Below, piece by piece: positions 21,573-31,478 of a stretch of DNA of 64,000 nucleotides. The first letter of the stretch is position 1, and every line of letters begins with the position of its first letter. A program made the position numbers and the translations under genes. The DNA is from an uncultured Candidatus Saccharibacteria bacterium (GTDB lineage Bacteria > Patescibacteriota > Minisyncoccia > Phycocordibacterales > CAZTPW01): contig CAZTPW010000002.1 of assembly GCA_964615725.1 (NCBI GenBank), positions 5,656 through 69,655 of the forward strand, in the 5' to 3' direction. The notes beneath the pieces are model-generated. The model saw nothing but the letters and a program-made list of their open reading frames with translations. It ran no database searches and was not told the origin of the DNA.

Positions 21573-21758
21573 TTACGCTGCCGCCAGTTCCACGAAGGAC
21601 GCAGCACCAGAGGTCCACGAGCGAAGGAGCTCTTTGAGCTTGCGGCGATGACGCCGGCGGGTGGTGGCCGGATCCTCCCGATGTTGCTTGACCCTCATGA
21701 AAGTGCGTTTGCAAGGTTCGATCAAACCTTGCCCATGATGCGTTGATGTGTTCGGCAT
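21573..21758 (-). CDS. small basic hypothetical protein
   Basis: 61-aa Arg-rich ORF lying between a TTGCCA-16-TATACT promoter (~21877-21904) and a terminator. Confidence 0.5.
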   Translation of the reverse strand: MPNTSTHHGQGLIEPCKRTFMRVKQHREDPATTRRRHRRKLKELLRSWTSGAASFVELAAA

Positions 21759-21925
21759 GGACTATGATGTTGTATCTGCGGTTGTTGTTTTCCGACACAA
21801 TCTGCTCTACCACGAGCAAACCGTAGTGCAAAGCTTCACTTTTTGATGAATTTTAGAGAGCCAGCACCGGGGTCTAAGTATACTGATATTTTCCAAAATG
21901 GCAAGGGGTGTGCTATGATGACCGC

Positions 21926-22219
21926 ATGAATCGAGATATTGATTTAAAGCAGATAGAACGACTCGCTGAGCTCTCACGAATTTCGCTTACTGATACCGAA
22001 AAGGTGGCTATGCAAAAGGATATTAGCTCAATTTTGGGTTATGTAGAACAGATTCAAAATGTCTCAGAATCAGCCCCCGCACGGAAGCCTCAAAAGGTCC
22101 GAAACGTTATGCGTGAAGATGCCCCCCGCTATGAAAGTGGCACGTATACAGCCGACATTATCGCAAACGCCCCAAAGCACAAGGACGGCTACGTCGAAGT
22201 TAAGAAAATCCTCGGCTAA
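21926..22219 (+). CDS. gatC: Asp/Glu-tRNA amidotransferase subunit C
   Basis: LAELSRI, ILGYVEQI, NVMRED, GY..VKKIL; precedes gatA. Confidence 0.93.
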   Translation: MNRDIDLKQIERLAELSRISLTDTEKVAMQKDISSILGYVEQIQNVSESAPARKPQKVRNVMREDAPRYESGTYTADIIANAPKHKDGYVEVKKILG

Positions 22220-22228
22220 ATACATTTT

Positions 22229-23653
22229 ATGATTGATCTCCAGACACTTACGATTCGCAAAGCTCATGAAGCCTTGAAAAAAGGTGAATATACAGCCGTC
22301 GATCTCGCGAAGGCCTACCTTGATGTTGCTACGAAAAAAAATCCAGACACAAACGCTTACCTCGAAATCTACGCTGACGTTCTCGAGCAGGCAAAAAATG
22401 CTGACGCACTCATCAAAGCAGGAAAAGCAACACTTCTTACCGGCATCCCTCTTTCTATCAAAGACAATATTTTGATCAAAGGACGATCGGTGACTGCTGC
22501 TTCAAAGATTTTGAAAGGATATATTGCTCCGTATGATGCGACCGCAGTTGCAAAGCTCAAAGAGCAGGGTGTCGTCTTCATTGGCCGTACCAATATGGAT
22601 GAATTTGCTATGGGAGGCTCAAATGAAAATTCTGCATTCGGCCCCGTAAAGAATCCTCATGATCTAACTCGAGTATCGGGTGGTTCGTCTGGTGGGGCAG
22701 CGGCATCAGTAGCGATGAGTGGGGCACTTGCGGGGCTTGGCTCAGACACTGGTGGCTCGGTGCGTCAGCCAGCAAGCTTCTGTGGAATCGTTGGATTCAA
22801 ACCAACCTACGGTGCGATTTCTCGTTACGGTCTTATGGCTATGGGTTCTTCACTCGATCAGATTGGAACGCTTGGAAAAACAGTCGAGGACACAAAAATT
22901 CTTTTTGATGCAATGAAGGGCAATGACATCATGGACGGTACAACGCTTCCTGCTGGCTCCCTCGACAAAGCTCACACAAAAAAGCACTACACCATCGGTG
23001 TGCCACGACATTTCATGAAGCAGGGAATCGACAAGGATGTTCTTGAAAATTTCGAATCGTCATTGGAGAAACTCAAAAAGGCAGGACACACTATCAAGGA
23101 GGTGACACTTCCTCATATCGACTATTCACTCGCGGTGTACTACGTCATTATGCCCGCTGAAGTTTCTTCAAACCTCTCACGATTCGATGGTGTGAAGTAT
23201 GGAGCGCTCAAAGAAGGTGACACACTCCTCCAGGATTACCTCAAGACCCGTACCGAAGGTTTTGGAAAAGAAGCTCGACGACGAATCATGCTTGGAAACT
23301 ATATCCTTTCTGCCGGATATTATGATGCGTACTACAACAAAGCGCAGACTGTGCGTGAGCTTTTGAAACAAGACTTCGAAACAGCATTCAAAGATGTCGA
23401 TTTTATTCTTACACCCACATCACCAATCCCAGCATTTAAAATAGGAGAGAAATCATCGGACCCACTACAGATGTATCTTGCGGATATCTTTACCGTAATT
23501 GCAAACCTCGTAAGTGTGCCCGCAATTTCAGTCCCATCAGGCTTTGCGGATCGAGAAGGCAAGAAACTTCCGCTCGGAATCCAGTTTATGGCACCTCAGG
23601 AATGCGACGATACCCTTTTTGACATTGGCGCGCAGTTCGAGAACGTGAAATAA
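22229..23653 (+). CDS. gatA: Asp/Glu-tRNA amidotransferase subunit A
   Basis: TNMDEFAMG, GGSSGG, GSDTGGSVRQPA, GYYDAYY. Confidence 0.97.
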   Translation: MIDLQTLTIRKAHEALKKGEYTAVDLAKAYLDVATKKNPDTNAYLEIYADVLEQAKNADALIKAGKATLLTGIPLSIKDNILIKGRSVTAASKILKGYIAPYDATAVAKLKEQGVVFIGRTNMDEFAMGGSNENSAFGPVKNPHDLTRVSGGSSGGAAASVAMSGALAGLGSDTGGSVRQPASFCGIVGFKPTYGAISRYGLMAMGSSLDQIGTLGKTVEDTKILFDAMKGNDIMDGTTLPAGSLDKAHTKKHYTIGVPRHFMKQGIDKDVLENFESSLEKLKKAGHTIKEVTLPHIDYSLAVYYVIMPAEVSSNLSRFDGVKYGALKEGDTLLQDYLKTRTEGFGKEARRRIMLGNYILSAGYYDAYYNKAQTVRELLKQDFETAFKDVDFILTPTSPIPAFKIGEKSSDPLQMYLADIFTVIANLVSVPAISVPSGFADREGKKLPLGIQFMAPQECDDTLFDIGAQFENVK

Positions 23654-23663
23654 TAGGGCATAT

Positions 23664-24287
23664 ATGATGCCATTCGTTTTGACACTCATTGCACACGCTC
23701 AATCTTCTCCAGAAGGTGTCCCACCCACACCATCGCTTCCACTCGAGGATATTTTCTACGCGTTTTTCTCGTTTTTCTTTTCGATAGATTACTCGATATT
23801 TCCAGCAATAGGTCGTGAGGTGTGGACGATTGCCCAGTTTGTTGGCACGTTTGTTTCACTTGCGCTTGTGTTTTTGATTTGGCATATAGGCAGGAAGACC
23901 GCTGATTATGAAGCACTCATTGAGATGAAGTCTGCACCAGCCATGAATGCTCCGTCTACGAAGCAGGTTCATGGCAAAAAATGGCAGCGAGTCCTCGATT
24001 ATCTCGAGTCATTAAATCCAAATGATTGGCGCCTCGCGGTACTCGAAGCAGATATTTTGCTTGATGAAATGCTTGAGGAGCGTGGAGTGCCAGGTGAAAG
24101 CCTCGGGGAACGACTCAAAGCCACAACACCAGCAATGTTTTCAACGGTCCAAAAAGGTTGGGAGGCACATATTGTGCGTAATCGTCTTGCACATGAAGGT
24201 GCAAATTATGAACTTAATCAACGTGAGGCGCGCAGGGTGGTAGGTCTTTTTGCTGAGATGCTTCGGGAAGGAGGTTTTATTTCATAG
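23664..24287 (+). CDS. conserved hypothetical membrane protein
   Basis: TM segments; W.LAVLEAD…GE.LGERLK…AH.VRN.LAH pattern. Confidence 0.75.
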   Translation: MMPFVLTLIAHAQSSPEGVPPTPSLPLEDIFYAFFSFFFSIDYSIFPAIGREVWTIAQFVGTFVSLALVFLIWHIGRKTADYEALIEMKSAPAMNAPSTKQVHGKKWQRVLDYLESLNPNDWRLAVLEADILLDEMLEERGVPGESLGERLKATTPAMFSTVQKGWEAHIVRNRLAHEGANYELNQREARRVVGLFAEMLREGGFIS

Positions 24288-24374
24288 ATGGTTGGGGATA
24301 AGGGGGTGATTGAGAGGCCTTGATTTTTGCGCGCTTTTCAGGTATTATTTTTTTACTCGAAATCGGGTATATAT

Positions 24375-24445
24375 CGCGGGGTAGAGAAGCAGTAACTCGC
24401 AAGGCTCATAACCTTGAGGCCTGGGTGCGATTCCCAGCCCCGCAA
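24375..24445 (+). tRNA. initiator tRNA-fMet (CAU)
   Basis: CGCGGGG…CCCCGCA with C1:A72 mismatch; CAAGG-CTCATAA-CCTTG. Confidence 0.9.
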
Positions 24446-24568
24446 CAAGAATTAGTTGGTGGATAGGGCGGTTATATGATATAAGACATATATATCAGCG
24501 TAGCTGATTTGGTTAGATAACGTCAGTGTGGTACATTTTCAAAGTCTTTTAAATAAGCCAATAAACAT

Positions 24569-24642
24569 GTCGGCGTAGCTCAGTTGGCTAGAGCGTGGGA
24601 CTCATAAGCCCAAGGTCGGAGGTTCGATTCCTCCCGCCGACA
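24569..24642 (+). tRNA. tRNA-Met (CAU), probably elongator
   Basis: GTCGGCG…CGCCGAC-A; CTCATAA loop; GGTTCGATTCC. Confidence 0.9.
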
Positions 24643-24748
24643 CAACTTTTCGTATCTTTTTGCAGTGCTATACTTATAGTCAGAGTATTTAGGGTCGTTT
24701 GGCACGATCCGCTCTTCAGAAAACCAAACACTTAGCACCCACAAACGC

Positions 24749-25273
24749 ATGAAAACATTAGCTACAGCGCTCGTGTTGTTCGTACTCACGGTGAATGCTT
24801 GGACTCAGAGCACAGTCTCGAGCCTAGCTTCACTTTTTAACCCACTCACCGACATTCGTCAGGCGCCGCCCCCACGCTTCACCTTCAAGGCTTCGGCTCC
24901 GCAGCCAAGCCAGGTGACAAACCTTACCCAAGTCACCCTCTCCGGACCACTCCTGACTTCGAACGATCCGTACTGGAAAACCAATACGCGTATTGCTCGC
25001 GAAATCGCTGCGTCGCTCGAATTGCCAACCCGTGATAACTTCTGGGAACGCATCGAGATGAATTTGAATCAGAAAGATGCGAGTGGTCGGTCCGCTCAAG
25101 ACGTCTATTCTCAGCCCCTTTGGGGGTTCGGGAAGGGGAAGCACAAATACGACACATGCTTTGGAGCTGGTGGTGCCTGTCACTATGTTTCGAGCGTCAA
25201 TTACGTCTCAGAAGTTCCGGCGCGAACAGGTGACACGTACCGCCTCTTCGCTTTCTTCCGTCACACGTTCTGA
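24749..25273 (+). CDS. secreted hypothetical protein with beta-signal-like C-terminus
   Basis: Signal peptide MKTLATALVLFVLTVNAWT; ends YRLFAFFRHTF. Confidence 0.7.
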   Translation: MKTLATALVLFVLTVNAWTQSTVSSLASLFNPLTDIRQAPPPRFTFKASAPQPSQVTNLTQVTLSGPLLTSNDPYWKTNTRIAREIAASLELPTRDNFWERIEMNLNQKDASGRSAQDVYSQPLWGFGKGKHKYDTCFGAGGACHYVSSVNYVSEVPARTGDTYRLFAFFRHTF

Positions 25274-25297
25274 GGAAGCAACGATGGTTTCGATAGT

Positions 25298-25324
25298 GGC
25301 GGCCCGCCGCGGGCCGCCTTTTTC
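25298..25324 (+). terminator. intrinsic terminator
   Basis: ggcggcccg-ccg-cgggccgcc-ttttt. Confidence 0.85.
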
Positions 25325-25413
25325 GTCCCCCAACTTTTTCGATAAAGAAGCAAATAAAGGACGATGGGGGAGGGATTGCTTTCAACCAAAAAATCTGATA
25401 CATTTCACCCCAT

Positions 25414-25487
25414 GCAGCCATAGCTCAATTGGCTAGAGCACTCCCCTGTCACGGGAGAGGTTGCCGGTTCAAGCCCGGTTGGCTGCG
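25414..25487 (+). tRNA. tRNA-Asp (GUC)
   Basis: GCAGCCA…TGGCTGC-G; CTCCC-CT-GTC-AC-GGGAG. Confidence 0.93.
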
Positions 25488-25500
25488 CAGATTTAGACTC

Positions 25501-26271
25501 ATGCCTTCTCATAAAAACTTTTGGAATAAAGAGTACGCGAACCCTGAACACCTCACACTTTCAGACGAACCGTCAGAAGACCTCGAGAAATTTACTCGAT
25601 GGATAGAACGTCAGTACAAGGGAGCCGTCTTGAACCCAACGACCAACGTCCTTGATCTAGGATGTGGTAATGGACGTAACCTTGTATATCTCTCACGAAA
25701 TTTTGGCTGTCATGGCACCGGCTATGATATTTCCGGTGAGGCGATTGCTCAGGCCAAGCGCGCCGCCCGTGGTGAAGTACTTATCGACAAGTGGCGACCG
25801 TATGTGCATGGCACAGCGGGGAATACCCGAAAGAAGCATGGGGCCCAAGTTTTACCTCTCACATTTGTCGAGCGACCAATTCAAGGAAAATTTGATCTCG
25901 AAGATGAGTCTGTTGATCTCGTACTCGACATGATGTCTTCCCATTTCCTCAAAAAATCAGAACGCGAGGCGTGGCGCGACGAGATTGTCCGCGTCCTCAA
26001 ACCTGGTGGTTGGTTTTTCCTCAAAACATTTCTCGATGAAGAAGATCTCCATGTGAAGCGTCTTCTCAAGGAAAACCCAGCTGACGAAGAGCATGCTTAC
26101 ATTCACCCGAAGCTCGGTGTTTACGAGTATGTGTGGTCAGAAGAGCGCATAGAAGAATTTTTCAATCCTTATTTCATCATTCATAAAGTAGAGAAGTCCC
26201 ACAAACATCTTCTCAAGGGTAAACCCTTCAGGCGCCGCACTATTTCCGTGTATTTGGAAAAAAATTACTAG
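25501..26271 (+). CDS. class I SAM-dependent methyltransferase
   Basis: VLDLGCGNGRN, RVLKPGG; start MPSHKNFW (the longer ORF overlaps the tRNA). Confidence 0.9.
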   Translation: MPSHKNFWNKEYANPEHLTLSDEPSEDLEKFTRWIERQYKGAVLNPTTNVLDLGCGNGRNLVYLSRNFGCHGTGYDISGEAIAQAKRAARGEVLIDKWRPYVHGTAGNTRKKHGAQVLPLTFVERPIQGKFDLEDESVDLVLDMMSSHFLKKSEREAWRDEIVRVLKPGGWFFLKTFLDEEDLHVKRLLKENPADEEHAYIHPKLGVYEYVWSEERIEEFFNPYFIIHKVEKSHKHLLKGKPFRRRTISVYLEKNY

Positions 26272-26288
26272 CGTTATACACTAATTCC

Positions 26289-27086
26289 ATGACATCAAAG
26301 ACCAAAATCATCATTACCATCATTGTAATCGTCATCCTTGCAGGAATTGGCTATGGATATTACTCATGGAAAATGAAAAGTGGGGAAGCTGACCGCCCCC
26401 TCTTTAGTCCAACATCAAGCTCTATCACCACTCTCGCAGAGGAGGTGACTAAATATCTCAATGCTGGCGGTGAAGACGTGGTTGCTCGTGTGTCTGGCGA
26501 GCCACAGCTTTACACCATCCAACCGATTGCCTCAAAGGATCTTGCACAGATGCGCACCACCTCAGTACTCGGTGTATCTTTCAAAACACCGCTTGGACCA
26601 GCAACTGAGAATGAAGCAACAAAAAAATATGAAGGTGTGCGCGAGGTGAGTTACACCAATGGTAATAGCATTTTGGTCACCAATAATCGCAATAAAATCA
26701 TTGATGAGATTCGTGAGATGACGAATGCATCATCTACGGATGTCTTCACCCCCGTTCTTGGTGCTAAGGTTGCATCAAACTACGACATGTTGTCATTCAT
26801 TTTGCATTCAACACCAAGTCGTGTTGCACAGTCAAAGACTATCGAAGAGGCTCGTGCTCGCGCTCAAGCTCTCGTCATTAAAGATCTCAGTGCATTCGGT
26901 CTTCAGTCAAAAACCTATGAAATCAGCCGCCCTGGCATCAAGGCATTCATGACCCAGTTTATCGACCAAGATGGGGGAGCGATCCTCGAAGTATTTTTTG
27001 ATAATGGCGCATGGTACTCAATTCTCATGAGTCAGACCGACCTCCCAGCAATGGATGCAATTATCCAGACTATTAAACTTCAGTAG
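26289..27086 (+). CDS. hypothetical membrane-anchored protein
   Basis: 265-aa ORF with N-terminal TM. Confidence 0.75.
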   Translation: MTSKTKIIITIIVIVILAGIGYGYYSWKMKSGEADRPLFSPTSSSITTLAEEVTKYLNAGGEDVVARVSGEPQLYTIQPIASKDLAQMRTTSVLGVSFKTPLGPATENEATKKYEGVREVSYTNGNSILVTNNRNKIIDEIREMTNASSTDVFTPVLGAKVASNYDMLSFILHSTPSRVAQSKTIEEARARAQALVIKDLSAFGLQSKTYEISRPGIKAFMTQFIDQDGGAILEVFFDNGAWYSILMSQTDLPAMDAIIQTIKLQ

Positions 27087-27172
27087 GTCGTTTCCTCGCA
27101 GTATCAAATTGAAAATATCCACATTTCGTGTATGATGGCTCCATTGCACATCATGAGCGATGTGTGGTGAGT

Positions 27173-27248
27173 GCCAATGTAGCTCAGTTGGTAGAGCACG
27201 TCCATGGTAAGGACGAGGTCATCGGTTCAATCCCGATCATTGGCTCCA
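27173..27248 (+). tRNA. tRNA-Thr (GGU)
   Basis: CGTCC-AT-GGT-AA-GGACG; CCA encoded. Confidence 0.95.
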
Positions 27249-27257
27249 GTAAATTGT

Positions 27258-27333
27258 GCCAAAGTAGCTCAGTTGGTAGAGCACAGCTTTCGTAAAGCTG
27301 GGGTCGCGAGTTCGATCCTCGCCTTTGGCTCCA
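27258..27333 (+). tRNA. tRNA-Thr (CGU)
   Basis: CAGCT-TT-CGT-AA-AGCTG; CCA encoded. Confidence 0.95.
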
Positions 27334-27430
27334 CTACGAAGATCATAGTCACCATAAGCAAAACTTTTCAACAGTTTTGTGTTTTTCTCGTACATGAGCG
27401 TGATAAAATAAGTGGAAATTATAATCCCTT

Positions 27431-30400
27431 ATGCAAAAAAATATTTTTGAGAAGATAGTAATGTTCGGCGCACCCCTTACTGTCCTCGCTCTCCTTACTG
27501 TTGTTGTGACTCAGTTTCAGGATGCGCGACTCGTTCGTCGTTCTACCGCTTCGATTGTCGATGCTGGTGGCACCTCACTCGTACTCCATTATCCATTTGA
27601 TAGCTACACTTCTGGAGTAACAACACTTCAGGATAGCTCTGGAAATGGTATCACCGCTTCATTTCTCGGTACTTTACCAACTTCTATCGCAGGCAATGTG
27701 GGTAGTGGTGCACTCTCAATGAAGAGTGGCGGTTTCTTGCGAGCCAATTCATCACTTGGAATCACTAGTTATCCTTTCACAATCTCAGCGTGGGTACGAC
27801 AGCCGTCGAGCGTAAAAGGCCTTACACCAATTGCAGGCTTCTATGACACGACCACTGGTACCGACATGAAGGGTATTAGTATTAACAATTCAGGAAAAGC
27901 AGGAATCTTCTTTTCAAATACTGAGGGATATGAGGGAACATCACCTTGGCTGCGAAATAATGCATGGCATCATATCGTAGGAATTTTCACATCGACAGGT
28001 ATATCACTCTATGTTGACGGGACTTCAGTCGCAAACCTCCCATCCCAATTTACATTTCCAACAACACTTCAGAAATTCACAGTAAGTGGTTTTGATCGAT
28101 ATGCTGCGGACATTGTTGACTATCCATACACAGGCGACATTGATGACGTACGAGTATATAAAACAGCACTTACAGCAGATGACGTGCAGGCACTCTTTAG
28201 CCTCGGTCAGTACACCGGAGGTGGTACTGGTGGTCCTGACACGCAAGCACCAACCATTTCTATCACTTCTCCAACGACTGGCTCATCACCAACTGGCTCC
28301 GTAACACTTACCGCTCAAGCGACAGACAATGAAGGGGTTGCTGGTGTACAGTTTTATATCAATGGCGAAAAGTACGGCCAGGAAATTCTTTCTGCGCCAT
28401 ACTCGGTATCATGGAACACCACAACTGTTTCAAATGGTACCTATACAATTACTGCGGTGGCGAAGGATTATAGTGATAACACCACCACATCAAGCGCCGT
28501 ATCAGTGTCTGTCACCAACCCGGTCATAGCGCCAAAGCCTCATAAAGTCATTAGTTGGAACGCTCCGATTGGAATCCCAGAACCATCATTTGGTATTCGG
28601 GAAGATGTAAGTCACTTCATTTTGCGCAGTGGTGAGACATGTGCAACACAACCACAAAAATGCTTCGACTATGGAAATGGTCAGCAGGCTTACAAGCTCA
28701 ATTCAGTCGGTGAGCCATATACCCACTATGTTGAACCTACCAATCCCAATAGTACAGATTCTGATAACCCATTCGGAAGTCCTGCAAAGCCACGTGTGAC
28801 GCTACCAACACTTTTTACTCCCGGAATGATTGTAGAGCTTCATGGAACCTACAATAAAGCACGAGTACCAGTACACTACTACACATCAGGAGGTGGTACG
28901 AAGGAGCGCCCAGCATTTATCCGTGGGCTTGATACGAATGGTCAGAAAGCAGTCTTTGCAGATTTGAACTTCGAGATTGCCTCATCGTATTTGATTGTTG
29001 AAAATATTGAATTCCGTAATACTGCACCTCGATTCTATCCTTGGGCGCCAGGTCTTTCTATCCATCACAACGCATTACGCTACTGCGACCTTCATACCGG
29101 CACCGTGGCGGCAAGCTATACCCCTGGAATTACTGTCAGCAATATCGTGATATTCGCAAATAACATTCAGACTGACAAGAATGTGTTTGATTATGACGCA
29201 CCTGGAGAAATTTATGAGAATGATATAAACGGTGTCTACATAGGACGGCAATCAGAGGATGTGTGGGTGCTCGACAATACTATCCACGACCTCCCGGGTG
29301 ACTCTGTGGGCGGGGGACATGATGCTGATTATACTGCGAAGCGATACTATATCGGGCGAAATGATCTCTATCGAACGGGCGAAAACGCAATCGATATTAA
29401 GGAAGTTGATACCGTGATTGTGTCTCAGAATAAAATGCACGACTTCAAAGGTGGCTCAGAGGGTTCAGATGGTACTGCAACGGTCGTTCACTACGGTCCT
29501 ACCTATTCACCAAAAAATGTTTGGTTCCTCTTCAACGAAATTTATAATGCTTCTGATACTGGATTCCAAGTCGGCGGCGATCAACTCTTTGACGTTAGAT
29601 TTATTGGTAATATTGTACGCAATATTCACAATTCATCCGGGAATGCATGGGGTTATCGAGCATGGAACTCAAATGACGTATATCTCGTTAACAACCTCTT
29701 CTACGATGTCGACAATGGAATTTACTCAGATACCGGTGATGGCTCAAAACTCACCGTCGAGAACAACATCATTGCCAAGGTAAAAGATGGCGGTTATCAT
29801 GTGTCGCTTGCAGGATCAAGTCATATGAATCTCTCTCAGTTTGCGAATAATATTTTCTATCAGCCGGGTGGCAACGCTCGAATTGCATGGGGAGGCGTAA
29901 ATATTATCAACCTCACACTCTACGGTTCTCTCCTTAATGTCGGTCAATTTATGAGCTCAACAGGAAAGTGTGTGGGATGTCTTGAAGCAGATCCAAAGTT
30001 CAACAATAGCGCTCAAAATGATTTCAGTCTCCGACAGGATTCTCCAGCAATCAACGCTGGTAGCTCAGCGGTCATTGATCGACTTGCTGCTCTCTATCCA
30101 ATCCCAGGTATTTCTATCAAAAAAGATATTTCTGGTGGTACACGACCAGCGTCGGGTGTTTGGGATATTGGCCCTCATGAATACCTCGGCACCATTGATT
30201 CGACTCAGAAAAATCTTACTGTTGTTCTTGGTGGACAGGGGCAAGGTAGTGTTACCGTAACAGCATCGGGTTCAGTCCTTCAAACTGCTGAATCATCTGC
30301 GGCATCGAGCTATACCGTGTCAGGGGTCGTGACGTTGACCGCAGTACCTGAGCCGGGGTCAACGTTTGGTGGATGGCAAGGTGCCTCATGTACTGGTACT

Positions 30401-31402
30401 ACTTGTGTTATCTCACTCGTGTCTGATCTATCGGTGGTCGCACTCTTCAATGCAAATCAAGGTAGTGGACCTGCAATTATTTCACCTAGTGTTACCGTTG
30501 GTGCTGGACGAGCTACGATTTATTGGACTACCGACGTGGCAGCAACTGGCCAGGTGCAGTATGGACTTACCACATCATATGGAAATGTATCTCCACAAAG
30601 CACAGCAAAAACAGTCCACAGTCACACACTCACCGGTCTCAACCGACTCACCACGTATCACTACCGAATTGTCGTAACTTCTGCTGATGGCACAACACAG
30701 TCTGCAGATGCGGTATTTACAACTCCAAATAGTCCACCTCCTCCTGTTGTAGGGGCACCTTTTGTCCCAGGTAATGGCACAACAACACCTCCAGTTGTCA
30801 TTACTCCATCAAGTACACCGGTAGTGTCTCCATTTACCCGAAACCTTCAGCTTGGTGCGCAGGAGCCACAGGTCGCAGTCCTCCAGGATGTGCTCGTTAA
30901 GGAAAAGGTTCTCGATGCAGGTGCCTTTAAAAAGGGAATCTTTGATACCAAGACCGAAAAAGCAGTTCAAGCATTCCAGAAAAAATACGATATTGTGCGT
31001 TCAGGAAAACCACAAACTACAGGATATGGTTCAACCGATGCAAAAACTCGTTCGATCCTCAATGAAATTGCTAGTCAGCAAGCCCAGACCAACGCCATTG
31101 TTCAAAGTATCCCTCGAACATTCACTTTTACACGATCGCTTCAGATTGGCTCGGTTGGTGAGGATGTTCGATATCTCCAAATATTTTTAAATACCCACAA
31201 TTTCCCTGTGGCGAAAAGTGGTGCTGGCTCACGTGGCAGAGAGGGAACTGTCTATGGAACAGCAACAGCTCAGGCCTTGGCGAAGTTCCAAGAATTATAC
31301 AAGGATGAAATTCTAACACCAATGGGTAAAAAGAAAGGAGACGGTGTGTTTGGAAAGACAACACTTGCAAAGGTAAATGCTTTGCGAGCAGCGGGTAAGT
31401 AG
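27431..31402 (+). CDS. large multidomain cell-surface protein (LamG, Ig-like, parallel beta-helix, FN3-like, 2x peptidoglycan-binding)
   Basis: WHHIVG…LYVDG…G.IDDVRVY; DTQAPTISITSP…APYSVSWNTT; NN-ladder repeats with DF.L..SPAINAG…DIG..EY; HSHTLTGL…YHYR; R.LQ.G..G.DV..LQ. Confidence 0.88.
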   Translation: MQKNIFEKIVMFGAPLTVLALLTVVVTQFQDARLVRRSTASIVDAGGTSLVLHYPFDSYTSGVTTLQDSSGNGITASFLGTLPTSIAGNVGSGALSMKSGGFLRANSSLGITSYPFTISAWVRQPSSVKGLTPIAGFYDTTTGTDMKGISINNSGKAGIFFSNTEGYEGTSPWLRNNAWHHIVGIFTSTGISLYVDGTSVANLPSQFTFPTTLQKFTVSGFDRYAADIVDYPYTGDIDDVRVYKTALTADDVQALFSLGQYTGGGTGGPDTQAPTISITSPTTGSSPTGSVTLTAQATDNEGVAGVQFYINGEKYGQEILSAPYSVSWNTTTVSNGTYTITAVAKDYSDNTTTSSAVSVSVTNPVIAPKPHKVISWNAPIGIPEPSFGIREDVSHFILRSGETCATQPQKCFDYGNGQQAYKLNSVGEPYTHYVEPTNPNSTDSDNPFGSPAKPRVTLPTLFTPGMIVELHGTYNKARVPVHYYTSGGGTKERPAFIRGLDTNGQKAVFADLNFEIASSYLIVENIEFRNTAPRFYPWAPGLSIHHNALRYCDLHTGTVAASYTPGITVSNIVIFANNIQTDKNVFDYDAPGEIYENDINGVYIGRQSEDVWVLDNTIHDLPGDSVGGGHDADYTAKRYYIGRNDLYRTGENAIDIKEVDTVIVSQNKMHDFKGGSEGSDGTATVVHYGPTYSPKNVWFLFNEIYNASDTGFQVGGDQLFDVRFIGNIVRNIHNSSGNAWGYRAWNSNDVYLVNNLFYDVDNGIYSDTGDGSKLTVENNIIAKVKDGGYHVSLAGSSHMNLSQFANNIFYQPGGNARIAWGGVNIINLTLYGSLLNVGQFMSSTGKCVGCLEADPKFNNSAQNDFSLRQDSPAINAGSSAVIDRLAALYPIPGISIKKDISGGTRPASGVWDIGPHEYLGTIDSTQKNLTVVLGGQGQGSVTVTASGSVLQTAESSAASSYTVSGVVTLTAVPEPGSTFGGWQGASCTGTTCVISLVSDLSVVALFNANQGSGPAIISPSVTVGAGRATIYWTTDVAATGQVQYGLTTSYGNVSPQSTAKTVHSHTLTGLNRLTTYHYRIVVTSADGTTQSADAVFTTPNSPPPPVVGAPFVPGNGTTTPPVVITPSSTPVVSPFTRNLQLGAQEPQVAVLQDVLVKEKVLDAGAFKKGIFDTKTEKAVQAFQKKYDIVRSGKPQTTGYGSTDAKTRSILNEIASQQAQTNAIVQSIPRTFTFTRSLQIGSVGEDVRYLQIFLNTHNFPVAKSGAGSRGREGTVYGTATAQALAKFQELYKDEILTPMGKKKGDGVFGKTTLAKVNALRAAGK

Positions 31403-31423
31403 GGGGTTGGTGAAAGTAAATTA

Positions 31424-31472
31424 TTGACAAAAAGCTGAATTGGGGTATTGTTATACCGATTCAGCTTTTTTT
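31424..31472 (+). promoter_or_regulatory. sigma70 promoter embedded in an inverted repeat (also a plausible terminator of the upstream gene)
   Basis: TTGACA(31424)-16-TATTGT; aaaaagctgaattgg…ccgattcagcttttt. Confidence 0.55.
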
Positions 31473-31478
31473 GATTTC

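Noticed and set aside
21926-23653. gatB missing from the operon
   Set aside because: Split gatCA/gatB arrangements are common; cannot be judged from one window.
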